Assembly (NCBI GenBank): GCA_963664705.1
Contig: OY761556.1
Location: 4,800,001-4,864,000 of the forward strand
Direction of reading: 5' to 3'
DNA from: Acidobacteriota bacterium
GTDB lineage: Bacteria; Acidobacteriota; UBA6911
DNA length: 64,000 bases
Shown here: in pieces, positions 26,877-37,222 of the stretch
How the letters are laid out: the number at the start of each line of letters is the position of its first letter
Position numbering within the stretch: position 1 is the stretch's first letter
Made by a program: the position numbers and the translations under genes
Notes under the pieces: generated by a model
Told to the model about the DNA's origin: nothing
The model's input: only the letters and a program-made list of their open reading frames with translations
Databases searched by the model: none

Positions 26877-28436
26877 GTGATTATGGAAAACGCGAATTGC
26901 TCGTTGAACTGTGTGCCCGGTGGACAGGAGATTCTCGACTCGCTCCCCTTCTATGCATTCCTCGTCAATTCCCAGCATCGCATCATCGCCGGCAACGACG
27001 CGGCCAGAAGACACCTGGGACTTGACGCGGAAAAACTGACGGGCATGCATTGCCCGATGACCATTCACGGGTGCAAAGATCCGGTGACCAATTGTCCGCT
27101 GGCGGAGGCTTTGAAAAGCGGGCGCGCCGCCGAGCGCGAAGTGTTCGATGCAAAATCGGGAAAATGGCTGAATGCAGCCATTTATCCTACGCCATTGCTG
27201 GCGGATGACGGGGAACCCGTCTACCTGCACTTCATACGCGACGTTACGGAATTCAAAAAGACCTCTCTCGATCTTTCCCAGACGCTCGAACACCAGTGGG
27301 CCATGTCCAGTCTGCTGCAAAAAATGCAATCCTGCCACGAAACCAGCGAGATCATCCGGGTACTGATCGATCAGATTCTTGCCCTGTCCTGGCTGGGCGC
27401 ATCCGCCAAGGCTGCCGGTTTTCTGAAGACCGATAATGGTTTGGAAATGGTGGTTCAGAAGAACCTCGATTCGACAATGATCGCGCGATGCCATCATCTG
27501 GCCCTGGGGGAGTGCTGCTGCGGGAGGGTCGCGGAAACCGGTCGCGTTCGGGTCTGCGTCAACGCCGAGGACAATCACACGAAATGCTCAACTCTGAATA
27601 ACCACCAGCACATCATTCTGCCGATCATTCACGAAGGCATGGTGCTCGGGGTCTATGCCTTGTACGTATACAATCTCGATAAGCTGGATAATACGAGGCT
27701 TAAATTTCTGGAATCGGCGGCAGATGTCTCGGCCGTTGCCATTGCAAGAGAACAGGCGCGCGAGAAGGAACAACAGATACAGAAAATGTATGTAGCGCAG
27801 CTCGTCTCTTCTCAGGAAGACGAGCGCAAAAGCGTTGCCCAGGAACTGCAGGAGCACGTTTGTCAATCGCTCTCAGCCATATTGCTGGAGACACAGATGC
27901 GTTCGGGCCAGGATTCGACCATCAACTATATCCGGGAACACTATGAAGCCCAGATCCGCGATCTGATTGACGAGGTTCGCACCATTGCCGGGAAATTAAG
28001 GCCGACCATCCTCGACGATTACGGATTCGAGTCTGCCCTGTCGCGCCTGCTAAAGGAATTGTCCGAACACACTCCGCTGCAGATTGACTATCAATTCATC
28101 AAATCCCCAACCTGGGCGGATAAACGTCTGCCGCCGCCGGTCGAAGTCGGGCTGTATCGCGTGGCCGTGGATGCCCTGAAAAATGTGATTTCCCATGCTT
28201 CAGCATCCAAGCTTTGCGTCATTGTCCTCCTGCAGAGTTCCAAACTCATCTTTCTGATCGAGGACGATGGATGCGGTTTTGATTACGCAGCGTTTCGCAA
28301 AAAACTCAATGGCTGTCGGGGTCTGATCGCCATGGAGGAAAGGGTAGCCTCGCTGGGTGGAAAACTCCGGATCACATCCCGGCCCCGGGAGGGAACCACC
28401 GTGCGGGTTGAACTGGACGTCACCGTGCCGGCATAG
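26877..28436 (+). CDS. PAS-GAF-HisKA_3-HATPase sensor, Cys-rich, lacking the canonical phosphoacceptor His
   Basis: EDERKSVAQELQE where ELHD is expected; LRPTILDD; IEDDGCGF; Cys clusters in PAS and GAF. Confidence 0.85.
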   Translation: MIMENANCSLNCVPGGQEILDSLPFYAFLVNSQHRIIAGNDAARRHLGLDAEKLTGMHCPMTIHGCKDPVTNCPLAEALKSGRAAEREVFDAKSGKWLNAAIYPTPLLADDGEPVYLHFIRDVTEFKKTSLDLSQTLEHQWAMSSLLQKMQSCHETSEIIRVLIDQILALSWLGASAKAAGFLKTDNGLEMVVQKNLDSTMIARCHHLALGECCCGRVAETGRVRVCVNAEDNHTKCSTLNNHQHIILPIIHEGMVLGVYALYVYNLDKLDNTRLKFLESAADVSAVAIAREQAREKEQQIQKMYVAQLVSSQEDERKSVAQELQEHVCQSLSAILLETQMRSGQDSTINYIREHYEAQIRDLIDEVRTIAGKLRPTILDDYGFESALSRLLKELSEHTPLQIDYQFIKSPTWADKRLPPPVEVGLYRVAVDALKNVISHASASKLCVIVLLQSSKLIFLIEDDGCGFDYAAFRKKLNGCRGLIAMEERVASLGGKLRITSRPREGTTVRVELDVTVPA

Positions 28437-28527
28437 TAGATGCAACTTTGCCTTGCCGGCAAGACGCTTAATGCTGCATGCTTTTTGCAGAATTCCAAAT
28501 TCTAGATTCCAGACTAGGCCCGGGGCC

Positions 28528-28985
28528 TGGGAGCGTCGGCGTCTCGCCGGCAAGAGCAAAGCTGCATCCGCCACAGCCGTTGCCGCCAGGACGGCTAATG
28601 ACGCATACTATTTGCCCGAGGAAGCCGGAAGCGCGATGCACCTCCGCCCCAGCGGGGCGGTCAGAACGTAGCCGGGGGTGAAGCGAAGCGAACCCCCGGA
28701 TAGCATGAAATTTAAAGGAGCCCCGGAGGGGGCGAAAGATATTTTCGTTCCTCTACATAACCTAAAGCTGAACATTGGATCGGGGCTCACCGTTTCTGCC
28801 GCCCTGCCAGGGCTCTTTCCCGCACTTATCTCTACCGGGGGTTCGCTGCGCTTCACCCCCGGCTACTTTCTGGCCGGCCCTCCGGGCCTTTTGCTTCACT
28901 CGCGTCGCAGGGCTTAGAACAAATAACAGGCAGCATTGGCCGTCTCGCCGGCAAGCGTGCGGCTACTTCCATGGCGCTGATGCCG
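28528..28985. repeat. Full composite REPIN/MITE-like element
   Basis: Inverted pair GTAGCCGGGGGTGAAGCGAAGCGAACCCCCGG (about 28668) and CCGGGGGTTCGCTGCGCTTCACCCCCGGCTAC (about 28835-28866), with flanks shared with 41860-42132. Confidence 0.85.
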
Positions 28986-28990
28986 GTTTG

Positions 28991-30676
28991 CTAATCCGCG
29001 AGCGCCGCAAGCTCCTGCGGGCTCAGTTGCCTCCGTATTTGAGCCTGACCATTCTTGGCCTTCGGGACTGCCAGGAACGATTCCTTGCTCAAAACCTCCT
29101 GCAAACGGCAGAAGTGCCAGTTCGGATCTGCCGGCGTCCAGCTCCCGCTCTTGTAGTTCGCACAACTGTCGGGCTTGGTCAGCGGATATTCTTCCAGCGG
29201 ATCATCCACCAGGTTGTAGAACGTACAGCTTGCCGTATCCGCGTTATCAATACAGAGAACCTTGTATTTCAAATTTCTTGCCCCGGCCTGACGCTGATTA
29301 TTCATAATGGGGTTTACCGTCTCGGTCAGCAGATACCCTTTATTGGGATCGCGCAGGCCTTTTGCATTCTTGAACAGTATGGGCGTAAGGGAGATGCCGT
29401 CGACCGCCACGGTGCCATCACCCGTCTTGTTGGGAACCATCTTGGGTACATCGAGGCGCGCCAGCTCCAGGATGGTGGAAAACAGATCCACGCCATGGAT
29501 GGGTTCATTGCTTTCCGATCCGGCCTTGATGCGCGGGCCGCGGATTGCCATGGAAACACGGGCTCCGCTTTCGTAGGCCGTGCCCTTGCTGCGTCCCCTC
29601 CGTGTAATATACATATTGTCGATGAACTCCCGCTTCTCGCCGAACATCCAGGTACCGTTGTCTCCAAGATAGATGACGTACGTATTCGGATCCTGCTTGT
29701 CGACCACATCGAGCACTTTGCTGATGATGGTATCCATCGAATTGGTCATCGCTCTCATGAGCGCTTCTGATGTGCACTTGCCGACGATCGCCGAACCGAA
29801 AGTACCACCGCAGGCTTTCATCTCCTTGATGGATATCTCATCCATCGTATCAATGTTCGGTACGACCATCGGATTCGGGAGCTGATTGCCCGTGATATGG
29901 GAAAGATTGAACGCCAGCCAGACGAACCATGGCTTGTCGGGGTTCTTCGATTTTTGGTCAGTGATCCATTTGATGGCATCCGCGGCATTCACCACGGGAG
30001 CATACGTAGTAGGCGCCACGCCGGGGATCGATCGAACCGGAGGTTTCTCGGTACGCCATTCGCTTGCCGGAGTCGTGCTATCCTGGCTCTGATAGTCCCA
30101 GTCCCAATAGGTGGCGACGCCACCGTGGAGGTTGCCCTGGAAGAGATCGAAGCCCGCCTCTTTGGGCTTCATGCCCGGATATTGACCCAGGCCTGCCATG
30201 TGATATTTGCCGAACAGCGCCGTGCTGTAGCCCCCTTTTTCCTTCAAGTCCTTAACGAAGGAATGGTGGTTCTGCGACAGCCAGTTGTTGTAGTCCAGCA
30301 CGCCTGTCTTGGCAGAATAGAGCCCGGTAAGAATAGAGGTGCGGGTGGGAGAGCAAAACGGGTTGACCCAGGCCTGGGTAAATCTCATGCCCGACCGCGC
30401 AAGGGAGTTGAGCGTTGGGGTAGATGCCGGGCGGCCCTTGATCATTTGATAATTGGGGTGATTACGCCCTGACGGCCCATATTGCTTGACCAGGCGGTCG
30501 ATCAAGCCCGGGTACATATCACTGGTCACATCGATGCCGATATCGTCACCGATGATCATCAGGATGTTGGGACGTGAGGCAGTACCGGTCTTCCCCTTTG
30601 TCTCCTTTGCAACGGACGGAGAAATACAGAGAAATACTGCCGCCAATATCAACACCGCTTTTGCCATTGATTTCAT
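28991..30676 (-). CDS. Exported formylglycine-type (S1) sulfatase
   Basis: Signal peptide; GDDIG, CSPTR, GKYH, DNG, KG.AYE. Confidence 0.9.
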   Translation of the reverse strand: MKSMAKAVLILAAVFLCISPSVAKETKGKTGTASRPNILMIIGDDIGIDVTSDMYPGLIDRLVKQYGPSGRNHPNYQMIKGRPASTPTLNSLARSGMRFTQAWVNPFCSPTRTSILTGLYSAKTGVLDYNNWLSQNHHSFVKDLKEKGGYSTALFGKYHMAGLGQYPGMKPKEAGFDLFQGNLHGGVATYWDWDYQSQDSTTPASEWRTEKPPVRSIPGVAPTTYAPVVNAADAIKWITDQKSKNPDKPWFVWLAFNLSHITGNQLPNPMVVPNIDTMDEISIKEMKACGGTFGSAIVGKCTSEALMRAMTNSMDTIISKVLDVVDKQDPNTYVIYLGDNGTWMFGEKREFIDNMYITRRGRSKGTAYESGARVSMAIRGPRIKAGSESNEPIHGVDLFSTILELARLDVPKMVPNKTGDGTVAVDGISLTPILFKNAKGLRDPNKGYLLTETVNPIMNNQRQAGARNLKYKVLCIDNADTASCTFYNLVDDPLEEYPLTKPDSCANYKSGSWTPADPNWHFCRLQEVLSKESFLAVPKAKNGQAQIRRQLSPQELAALAD

Positions 30677-30710
30677 AGGATCAACCCCTCCTCCTCTTGC
30701 CAGCCATCCA

Positions 30711-30732
30711 AGTGTCTCTATTTTGAAACACT
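30711..30732. promoter_or_regulatory. Palindromic operator upstream of sulfatase 1
   Basis: AGTGTCTC-TATTTT-GAAACACT; near-identical copy at 33590-33611. Confidence 0.65.
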
Positions 30733-30763
30733 GACTCGTATTTTATCCTCGATTTATCCAGCC

Positions 30764-31873
30764 TTATGCAAGACAAATCTGTGCGGCATCGACTTCGATT
30801 TCAAAAAAGAGATCCTGGCGGCAAACGTCGGCGTGCGATACGGCCATGGGGAAAGGCGGAATGCCAAGTTCGATGGCCACTCGACGGTAAATCGGCAGGT
30901 GATCCATATTTTTGAAATAGACGATCCCACGGCAGAGGTCGTTCCATCGCATTCCCCTTGAATCGAGAATAGCGCGCACCGCCTCCATCGTCAGCCGAAT
31001 CTGCTTTTCCGGTTCATTCGGATAAGCGCTTCTGCCATCGGGCGCGATGCTGGCCGTCCCCGAAATAAGCAGATTCCGATAGGTCGAGCCCCCCAATTCA
31101 ATGGCACGGCTGAATGAGCTCTTATATTCCAGCGCAGGTTTTTGCAGCGGCGAAGCGATGGTCTGCACCAGAAATTCGGAGTTCTTCGGCTGAACTGCAA
31201 AAATGCTCATGGTAATGGCGGCGCCGAACGGATTTCCGGCGCCAATTCCCGTGCTGGCGGGAACGATATGATTGAAGACCCCGATTTCATTGAAGAATGC
31301 GGTGCGAATAAAATTGAAGTCATCGTACCACTCGAGCAGATGGTCGAGGTATATCCACGTCCGCACCGTATCCGCGAAGCTGAAGCCGTTCTGTTTCAGA
31401 ATGGCGGCGGCGCTTTCAAAAACAGATCGCGCCTGCGCACCACGCGAAGCCATCAGATCCGTGGGAAGCAATCCGCATAAATGGCAATAGCGGGCGCCGT
31501 CGTCCTCATAGATGAACCCGAGGGTACGTCGGGCGGACTGAATAGGAAAAGGAATGATGCCGGAGAGTGCCACGGCCTGCATGGAATGAAAATCCCCATC
31601 CCTGCAGGCGTCTCCCTGCAGCCAGGCTATCGGCCACGCGGAAGCATCCTCCACAATCGGGTCGGAATACAACGGGTTTCCGGCAAAAGCAAAGCTACTG
31701 AGAACCACCGCATTCCGCTTCTGCGCCACAGCATGAATCACGTGGCTCGGGTTCTCCGCCGACTTCGCATTCACGGTAATATAATGTACGGAATGAGTCG
31801 GGAGCCGCAGCGTAGCAATCTCCGCCGCCTCTGCTGTTTTGACAACCTCCGCTTTCAATAACGATCCTTCCAA
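30764..31873 (-). CDS. RidA/YjgF (Rid family) protein with tandem domains
   Basis: VRTWIYL, PASTGIG, SSFSRA, ISGTASI, DVCRQDLFFEIEVDA. Confidence 0.82.
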   Translation of the reverse strand: MEGSLLKAEVVKTAEAAEIATLRLPTHSVHYITVNAKSAENPSHVIHAVAQKRNAVVLSSFAFAGNPLYSDPIVEDASAWPIAWLQGDACRDGDFHSMQAVALSGIIPFPIQSARRTLGFIYEDDGARYCHLCGLLPTDLMASRGAQARSVFESAAAILKQNGFSFADTVRTWIYLDHLLEWYDDFNFIRTAFFNEIGVFNHIVPASTGIGAGNPFGAAITMSIFAVQPKNSEFLVQTIASPLQKPALEYKSSFSRAIELGGSTYRNLLISGTASIAPDGRSAYPNEPEKQIRLTMEAVRAILDSRGMRWNDLCRGIVYFKNMDHLPIYRRVAIELGIPPFPMAVSHADVCRQDLFFEIEVDAAQICLA

Positions 31874-31924
31874 ACCTGTTCGTCTGGTCTACCAGGTAAC
31901 AAAATCCGCAGCCATTGGATCGAT

Positions 31925-33556
31925 CTATTTCTTGTCTACTGCAAGAAACGAATCCTTGGCTACAACCTCCGTCAGCCGGCAGTAGTGCCATCGCGGATCC
32001 GCGGGCGTCCACTTCCCGTTCGTGTAATCCGCACAGCTTTCAGGTTTGGCGAGCGGATACTCCTCCAGCGGATCGCTGGCAAGATTGAAGAACGTACAGT
32101 TATTTACACTGTCGACACAAACGACCTTGTAGGTGGCATTTTGCGCACCAATCCATCGTGTACCCCCGGTCATGAGATTCTTGTTCTCATTCAGGATATA
32201 TCCCATGTTCGGGTCGCGTGTGGCCTTCGCCTTGTTAAAAAGAATCGAAGTAAGCGATACGGCGTCTACTGGCACTTTTCCAGTCCCTTCACCATTGGAG
32301 ACACTCTTCGGAGCAGGAATCTTCGCCAACTCCAGAATTGTAGAGAACAGATCCACCACGTGGGCATAGGCGTTGTTCTGGGAATTGGCCGCGATCCGGG
32401 GACCACGGATGAGCAGGGGAACCAGAGCGCCGCTTTCGTAGGCCGTGCCCTTTCCGCGGCCCTTCCGGGTGATGTACATGTTGTCGATGAAGTCCAGGTT
32501 TGGTCGGCCGTACATCGGCGTACCGTTGTCACTGACAAAAATGATATAGGTGTTGGGATCCGTGGCATCGACCGCATCGATCACCTTGCCGAGGATTGTA
32601 TCCATGGAGTTGGTCATGGCGCGCATGAGCGCTTCGCCGCTGCAGGATCCCACATTGTTCGATCCGAACGTGCCGCCGCATTCCTTCATCTCTTTATAGC
32701 TCACGGCATCCAGCGTGTCGGCATTCGGCACGCACATCGCGCTCGGCTGCTGGACGGCCGTCGCATGCGCCAGGTTGAAGGCCAGCCAGGCAAACCACGG
32801 TTTGTTGGGATTCTCCGCCTTTTTGGCTTTGATCCATTCAATGGCATCGGCAGCCTTGACCACCGGCGCATAGTTGGTCGGAGCAATGCCGGGAAGTGAT
32901 TTTGTCGGCATGGGCTCGGTGCGCCATTGATCCGCAGGCGTGTTGGCGTCCTGCACCTGGTAATCGTAGCTCCAGTATGAATTGATGGCGGCGTGCATGT
33001 TCCCTCTGAAAAGGTCAAATCCCGCCTGCTTCGGTTTCATGCCGGGGTAATCCACCGGTTTTCCGGGCAACCCGGCCATGTGCCATTTGCCGAATATTGC
33101 GGTGCTGTATCCGCCTTCGTCTCTCAGTTTCTGGACGAAGCTCGTATGCTTGGAGGAGAGGGCATCCGCATAAGTGGTAACGTTGGTCTTTGCCGCAAAC
33201 AGTCCGGTGAGAATCGCTGCGCGCGTAGGCGAGCAGAATGGATGGGCCCAAATGTTGCCGAACCTCATGCCCTGGCTGGCAAACTTATCCAGAACCGGCG
33301 TGGAGGCCGGCTTGCCGGCGATCTTGCGATAGTCCGCATGATTGCGACCGGCAGGCCCATATTGCTTCACCAGGTTGTCGATCATGCCCGGATACATATT
33401 GCTCATCACATCCATGCCGATATCATCGGCGATGACGAACAGGATATTGGGACGACGGGATGGACTGGCCTCGGCCTTTTTTTCTTTCGCTATGGAAGAA
33501 CACACACAGAGGAAAATTGCAGCCATTATCAAAAGTGCTTTTGTCGTAGATTTCAT
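31925..33556 (-). CDS. Exported formylglycine-type (S1) sulfatase (paralogue)
   Basis: ADDIG, CSPTR, GKWH, DNG; colinear with 28991-30676; RBS GGAGGAGG. Confidence 0.9.
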   Translation of the reverse strand: MKSTTKALLIMAAIFLCVCSSIAKEKKAEASPSRRPNILFVIADDIGMDVMSNMYPGMIDNLVKQYGPAGRNHADYRKIAGKPASTPVLDKFASQGMRFGNIWAHPFCSPTRAAILTGLFAAKTNVTTYADALSSKHTSFVQKLRDEGGYSTAIFGKWHMAGLPGKPVDYPGMKPKQAGFDLFRGNMHAAINSYWSYDYQVQDANTPADQWRTEPMPTKSLPGIAPTNYAPVVKAADAIEWIKAKKAENPNKPWFAWLAFNLAHATAVQQPSAMCVPNADTLDAVSYKEMKECGGTFGSNNVGSCSGEALMRAMTNSMDTILGKVIDAVDATDPNTYIIFVSDNGTPMYGRPNLDFIDNMYITRKGRGKGTAYESGALVPLLIRGPRIAANSQNNAYAHVVDLFSTILELAKIPAPKSVSNGEGTGKVPVDAVSLTSILFNKAKATRDPNMGYILNENKNLMTGGTRWIGAQNATYKVVCVDSVNNCTFFNLASDPLEEYPLAKPESCADYTNGKWTPADPRWHYCRLTEVVAKDSFLAVDKK

Positions 33557-33589
33557 TCGATCGGTTCCTCCTCCCCTCACGATTGTGCG

Positions 33590-33611
33590 AGTGTTTCTAT
33601 TTTGAGACACT
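33590..33611. promoter_or_regulatory. Palindromic operator upstream of sulfatase 2
   Basis: AGTGTTTC-TATTTT-GAGACACT. Confidence 0.65.
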
Positions 33612-33772
33612 GAATGAATTTTATCCACGATTTATTTGGCCTTATGCAAGACAATTCGGTTAATAATGAGACGCGGAGTGAACAGAGCGAAAACGGAAAA
33701 GACGGAGGAAAAAAGCGGAAGACACGCAGGATGCTGCACCATTCCTGTGTGCATTCAGCGCTTTGAGCCTGT

Positions 33773-36142
33773 ATGAAAAAGACGCCATGGATCATTGTCA
33801 TCCCAGCGGCCATTCTGCTAATTGCGCTGGCCCTGCTCTTTTATTACCTCAAGCCGGCCAGCCCCAGGCCAGCGGATTCCGTCCAATATTCCGGCACACA
33901 GTCCTGCAGGGAATGCCATGAGAAGTTCTATAAGCTCTGGGCACCATCACATCATGGTTTGGCGATGCAGCCCTTTACCGCGGAACTGTTTCAGACCCGG
34001 CTGGCGCCCCAGGCTAAAGGCCTGACAATCGGCGACGCCAATTACCAGGTGGAATTTGACGGCAAAAATGGCTGGATCCAGGAAAACAACCGTGGAGGAA
34101 ATAAAAAGTATCCCATCGTCCATGCCCTGGGCGGGAAAAATGTCTTTTATTTTCTCACCCCTATGGATCGCGGCCGTCTGCAGGTTCTTCCCGTTGCCTA
34201 CGATGTTCAGAAGAAATCCTGGTTCGATACCGCCGCAAGCGGTATCCGTCACTTTCATGATGTCGAGGAACGTCCGGTGGGATGGAAGGATCCGGAGTAT
34301 ACCTTCAATACTTCCTGCTATGGATGCCACGTGAGCCAGTTTTCGCGCAACTACGACCTGAAAACCGATACCTACCATTCGGCCTGGCAGGAACCGGGCA
34401 TCAACTGCGAAGCCTGCCACGGGTCGGCATTGGAACATGTCCGTGTCTGTCGACAGGCTCCGAAAGGTCAGCCTCCCGCGGATCTGAAAATCACCACGAT
34501 CCGCCCGCCGAAATATTCCAGAAAAAGTGCCGGAGACGCCTGTTCATCCTGTCACGCCAAAGCATCTCCCCTGACAGTTTCGTACCCGCCCGGAGAGGAT
34601 CTCTTTGATCATTTTGATGTGGGAATTCTGGATCTGCCGGATTACTACCCGGACGGTAGAGATCTGGGCGAAAACTACACCTATACCCAGTGGCTGTTGA
34701 GCCCGTGCGCAAAGTCAGGTCAGATGGACTGCCTGCACTGTCATACATCGAGCGGACGGTTTCGATTTGCGGGAGACAGGAAAAACGAAGCCTGCCTGCC
34801 GTGTCATGCCGAGAGAGTGAAGAATGCTTCCGCGCATACGCACCATCCGGAAGGAAGCACGGGGAATCAGTGCATTGCCTGTCATATGCCGAAGACCGAG
34901 TTTGCCCGGATGCTGCGCAGCGACCATTCGATGCTGCCGCCGACGCCTTCGACGACGATTGTCTATAAATCTCCCAACGCCTGCAATGTATGCCATGCCG
35001 ACAAAGACGCCGCCTGGGCGGACAGATCGGTGCGTCAATGGCAAAAGAGAGATTACCAGGCTCCGGTTCTGCATCGGGCTTCCCTCATTGATGCCGCGCG
35101 CGCCCGGAACTGGCAGAAACTCGCCGCCATGCTCAAATATCTGGGAAGCAAAAATCATGACGCGGTTTTTGCCGCTTCGCTGATTCGCTTGATGCGCCCT
35201 TGTAGCGATGACCGGAAGTGGCCCGCCCTTATCCGCGCGCTGGAGGATCCTTCTCCGCTGGTTCGCGCCAGTGCCGCGGAATCTCTGGGCGACCGGATCG
35301 ATGCGGAAACAATCAAGGCCCTCGGCACCGCGATCCGGGATAAATCCCGCCTGGTGCGCGTCCGCGCGGCCTCGGCCATGGCAGCCGTTCCGAGGGATTT
35401 GCTCGATGCCGCGACGGCAGCAGTCTTCGACCAGGCTGTGGTTGAATTCAAAGCAACCCTGGACGCTCGCCCCGACAACTGGAGTTCCTATTATAATGTG
35501 GGGAGTCTCTACCTCTCCCAGCATGACTATGGTCAGGCAAAAACGTTTTTCGAAACCGCCATTCGTCTGCAACCGCGTGTGGTTCAGCCCTATGTCAACA
35601 TCTCATTTGCCTACAATGCCCTCGGCATGAATGACAAAGCCGAGCAGAGTCTGCGTAAAGCCTGCGAGCTTGAACCGAAAAGCCTGGAAGCACACATAAA
35701 CCTCGGGCTGCTGCTCGGAGAAATGGGACGCCTCGAAGAGGCCGGATCCCATTTTCTGAAAGCCGCGGAGCTGAATCCCCAATCGGCTGTCGCCGTTTAC
35801 AACCTGGGAGTGATCAACACAAAGTTGGGCCGAATGAGTTCGGCTCTCGACTATTTGCGCCGCGCCTGCACGATGCAGCCGGAGAACCTCCAATACGGCT
35901 ATTCGCTGGCCTTTTATCTTCACCAGAGCGGACAGGATGCAGATTCCGTCCGGATGCTGCAGCGGATTGTCCGGCAGGAAGCGTCCTACATGGACGCGAT
36001 TTCTCTGCTGGGAGAAATTTACCTCAAGCAGGGGAAGATTAAGGATGTGCGGGCTCTGTATGAGAATGCCTTGCGGAGCAATCGGCTCCCTGCCGAGGAT
36101 ATGGAGTTTCTGAAGAGCAGAATCGCAGCACTTCCCAAATGA
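33773..36142 (+). CDS. Membrane-anchored octaheme cytochrome c with HEAT and TPR repeats
   Basis: N-terminal TM; 8 CxxCH; HEAT (LEDPSPLVRASAAESL); C-terminal TPRs. Confidence 0.9.
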   Translation: MKKTPWIIVIPAAILLIALALLFYYLKPASPRPADSVQYSGTQSCRECHEKFYKLWAPSHHGLAMQPFTAELFQTRLAPQAKGLTIGDANYQVEFDGKNGWIQENNRGGNKKYPIVHALGGKNVFYFLTPMDRGRLQVLPVAYDVQKKSWFDTAASGIRHFHDVEERPVGWKDPEYTFNTSCYGCHVSQFSRNYDLKTDTYHSAWQEPGINCEACHGSALEHVRVCRQAPKGQPPADLKITTIRPPKYSRKSAGDACSSCHAKASPLTVSYPPGEDLFDHFDVGILDLPDYYPDGRDLGENYTYTQWLLSPCAKSGQMDCLHCHTSSGRFRFAGDRKNEACLPCHAERVKNASAHTHHPEGSTGNQCIACHMPKTEFARMLRSDHSMLPPTPSTTIVYKSPNACNVCHADKDAAWADRSVRQWQKRDYQAPVLHRASLIDAARARNWQKLAAMLKYLGSKNHDAVFAASLIRLMRPCSDDRKWPALIRALEDPSPLVRASAAESLGDRIDAETIKALGTAIRDKSRLVRVRAASAMAAVPRDLLDAATAAVFDQAVVEFKATLDARPDNWSSYYNVGSLYLSQHDYGQAKTFFETAIRLQPRVVQPYVNISFAYNALGMNDKAEQSLRKACELEPKSLEAHINLGLLLGEMGRLEEAGSHFLKAAELNPQSAVAVYNLGVINTKLGRMSSALDYLRRACTMQPENLQYGYSLAFYLHQSGQDADSVRMLQRIVRQEASYMDAISLLGEIYLKQGKIKDVRALYENALRSNRLPAEDMEFLKSRIAALPK

Positions 36143-36165
36143 CCGCCAATTCACAACGCTTAGGT

Positions 36166-36193
36166 TGGAATCTGAAATCTGGAATCTGAAATT
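36166..36193. repeat. 7-mer tandem repeat (TGRAATC)x4
   Basis: TGGAATC TGAAATC TGGAATC TGAAATT. Confidence 0.6.
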
Positions 36194-36318
36194 ATATGCG
36201 GCATTACTGGGACGTCAGCGCTCCTGGGGAACGCTCCCGTCTGATTAGAGTATTCTTAATCAGAGAAAGAGAGTAGACTTTATATACTTACTTCCGGGTC
36301 CCTTTCGGAGGCCATGGG

Positions 36319-37047
36319 ATGGCAACAGCACGATTATTGGTAGTGGATGACGACCCGGCCGTATTGCGCCTGACTTCCAAAATGCTGGGAAGCAGATATG
36401 AAGTCGTCGCCGCCTCCGGTCCTTTAAAGGCCATTGATTTTGCAAGAGCCGGCAGATTCGACCTGGTGCTTTCAGATTTTGAGATGCCGGAGATGCAAGG
36501 CCCCGAGCTTCTTGCCGCAATTCACGGGTTTTCCCCTTCAACCGCAGCGTTGCTCATGTCCGGTAACAGTGATCTATCCACCATTCCGGACGGCATCAAA
36601 CTCATTAAAAAACCATTTACCTCGGAGGAATTGCACGCCGCTGTCGAAGACGTTCTGGCCAGCTCTCATCAGCTCGGAGCAGATCTTGCTCGTAAAAGGG
36701 AGCACACGACGACGCTCCTGGAGAAAGCTCAGCGGATAAAATTGGATCTGGACAAGACGCTGCAGGAATCCATCCGAGCGCGGAACCATTCACTAAAGCT
36801 TCGCAATCCGGTACCGGACCATCCGGCACAAAAAGCTCCCGAATATCTCTGCATCTTCTGTGCGGAAGCTCTTCCGGCAGATTCGCAGCTCTGCCATCGC
36901 TGCGGCAAACCTGTCGGCCCCTATGTCATCGTTCGCGATGGCCAAAAGGTGGGTATTTTCTGCAATGGAGAGGTCAGAATACATGGCTTGTCCCTGGAGA
37001 GAGCTAAAGCGTTGGCATTCCTTCTGAACACCATTGCAGGTGTGTAG
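36319..37047 (+). CDS. Response regulator with coiled coil and C-terminal zinc ribbon
   Basis: REC (VVDDD, SDFEMP, KKPF); CIFC-x10-CHRC. Confidence 0.82.
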   Translation: MATARLLVVDDDPAVLRLTSKMLGSRYEVVAASGPLKAIDFARAGRFDLVLSDFEMPEMQGPELLAAIHGFSPSTAALLMSGNSDLSTIPDGIKLIKKPFTSEELHAAVEDVLASSHQLGADLARKREHTTTLLEKAQRIKLDLDKTLQESIRARNHSLKLRNPVPDHPAQKAPEYLCIFCAEALPADSQLCHRCGKPVGPYVIVRDGQKVGIFCNGEVRIHGLSLERAKALAFLLNTIAGV

Positions 37048-37222
37048 CAATATTTGTCCGCGTAATGACCCGGGATGATGCGCTTCACGCCCTCCGGTCC
37101 AAATATTGGCAAATTTCGGGGTTGAACTGGACTCCACATATGACAAGATAATTCCAACTGTTTTGCATCCCTCTAAAGGCTATAACAGTCCCCTTTCTCC
37201 ATAGCTTTAAGGAGAAGCCTCA

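Noticed and set aside
28608-28917. Short MKRSEP... ORFs (also 41867-42199 and 57246-57482)
   Set aside because: They are translations of the REP palindrome, not genes
28775-29770. 331-aa plus-strand ORF
   Set aside because: It starts in REP DNA and runs antisense to the sulfatase
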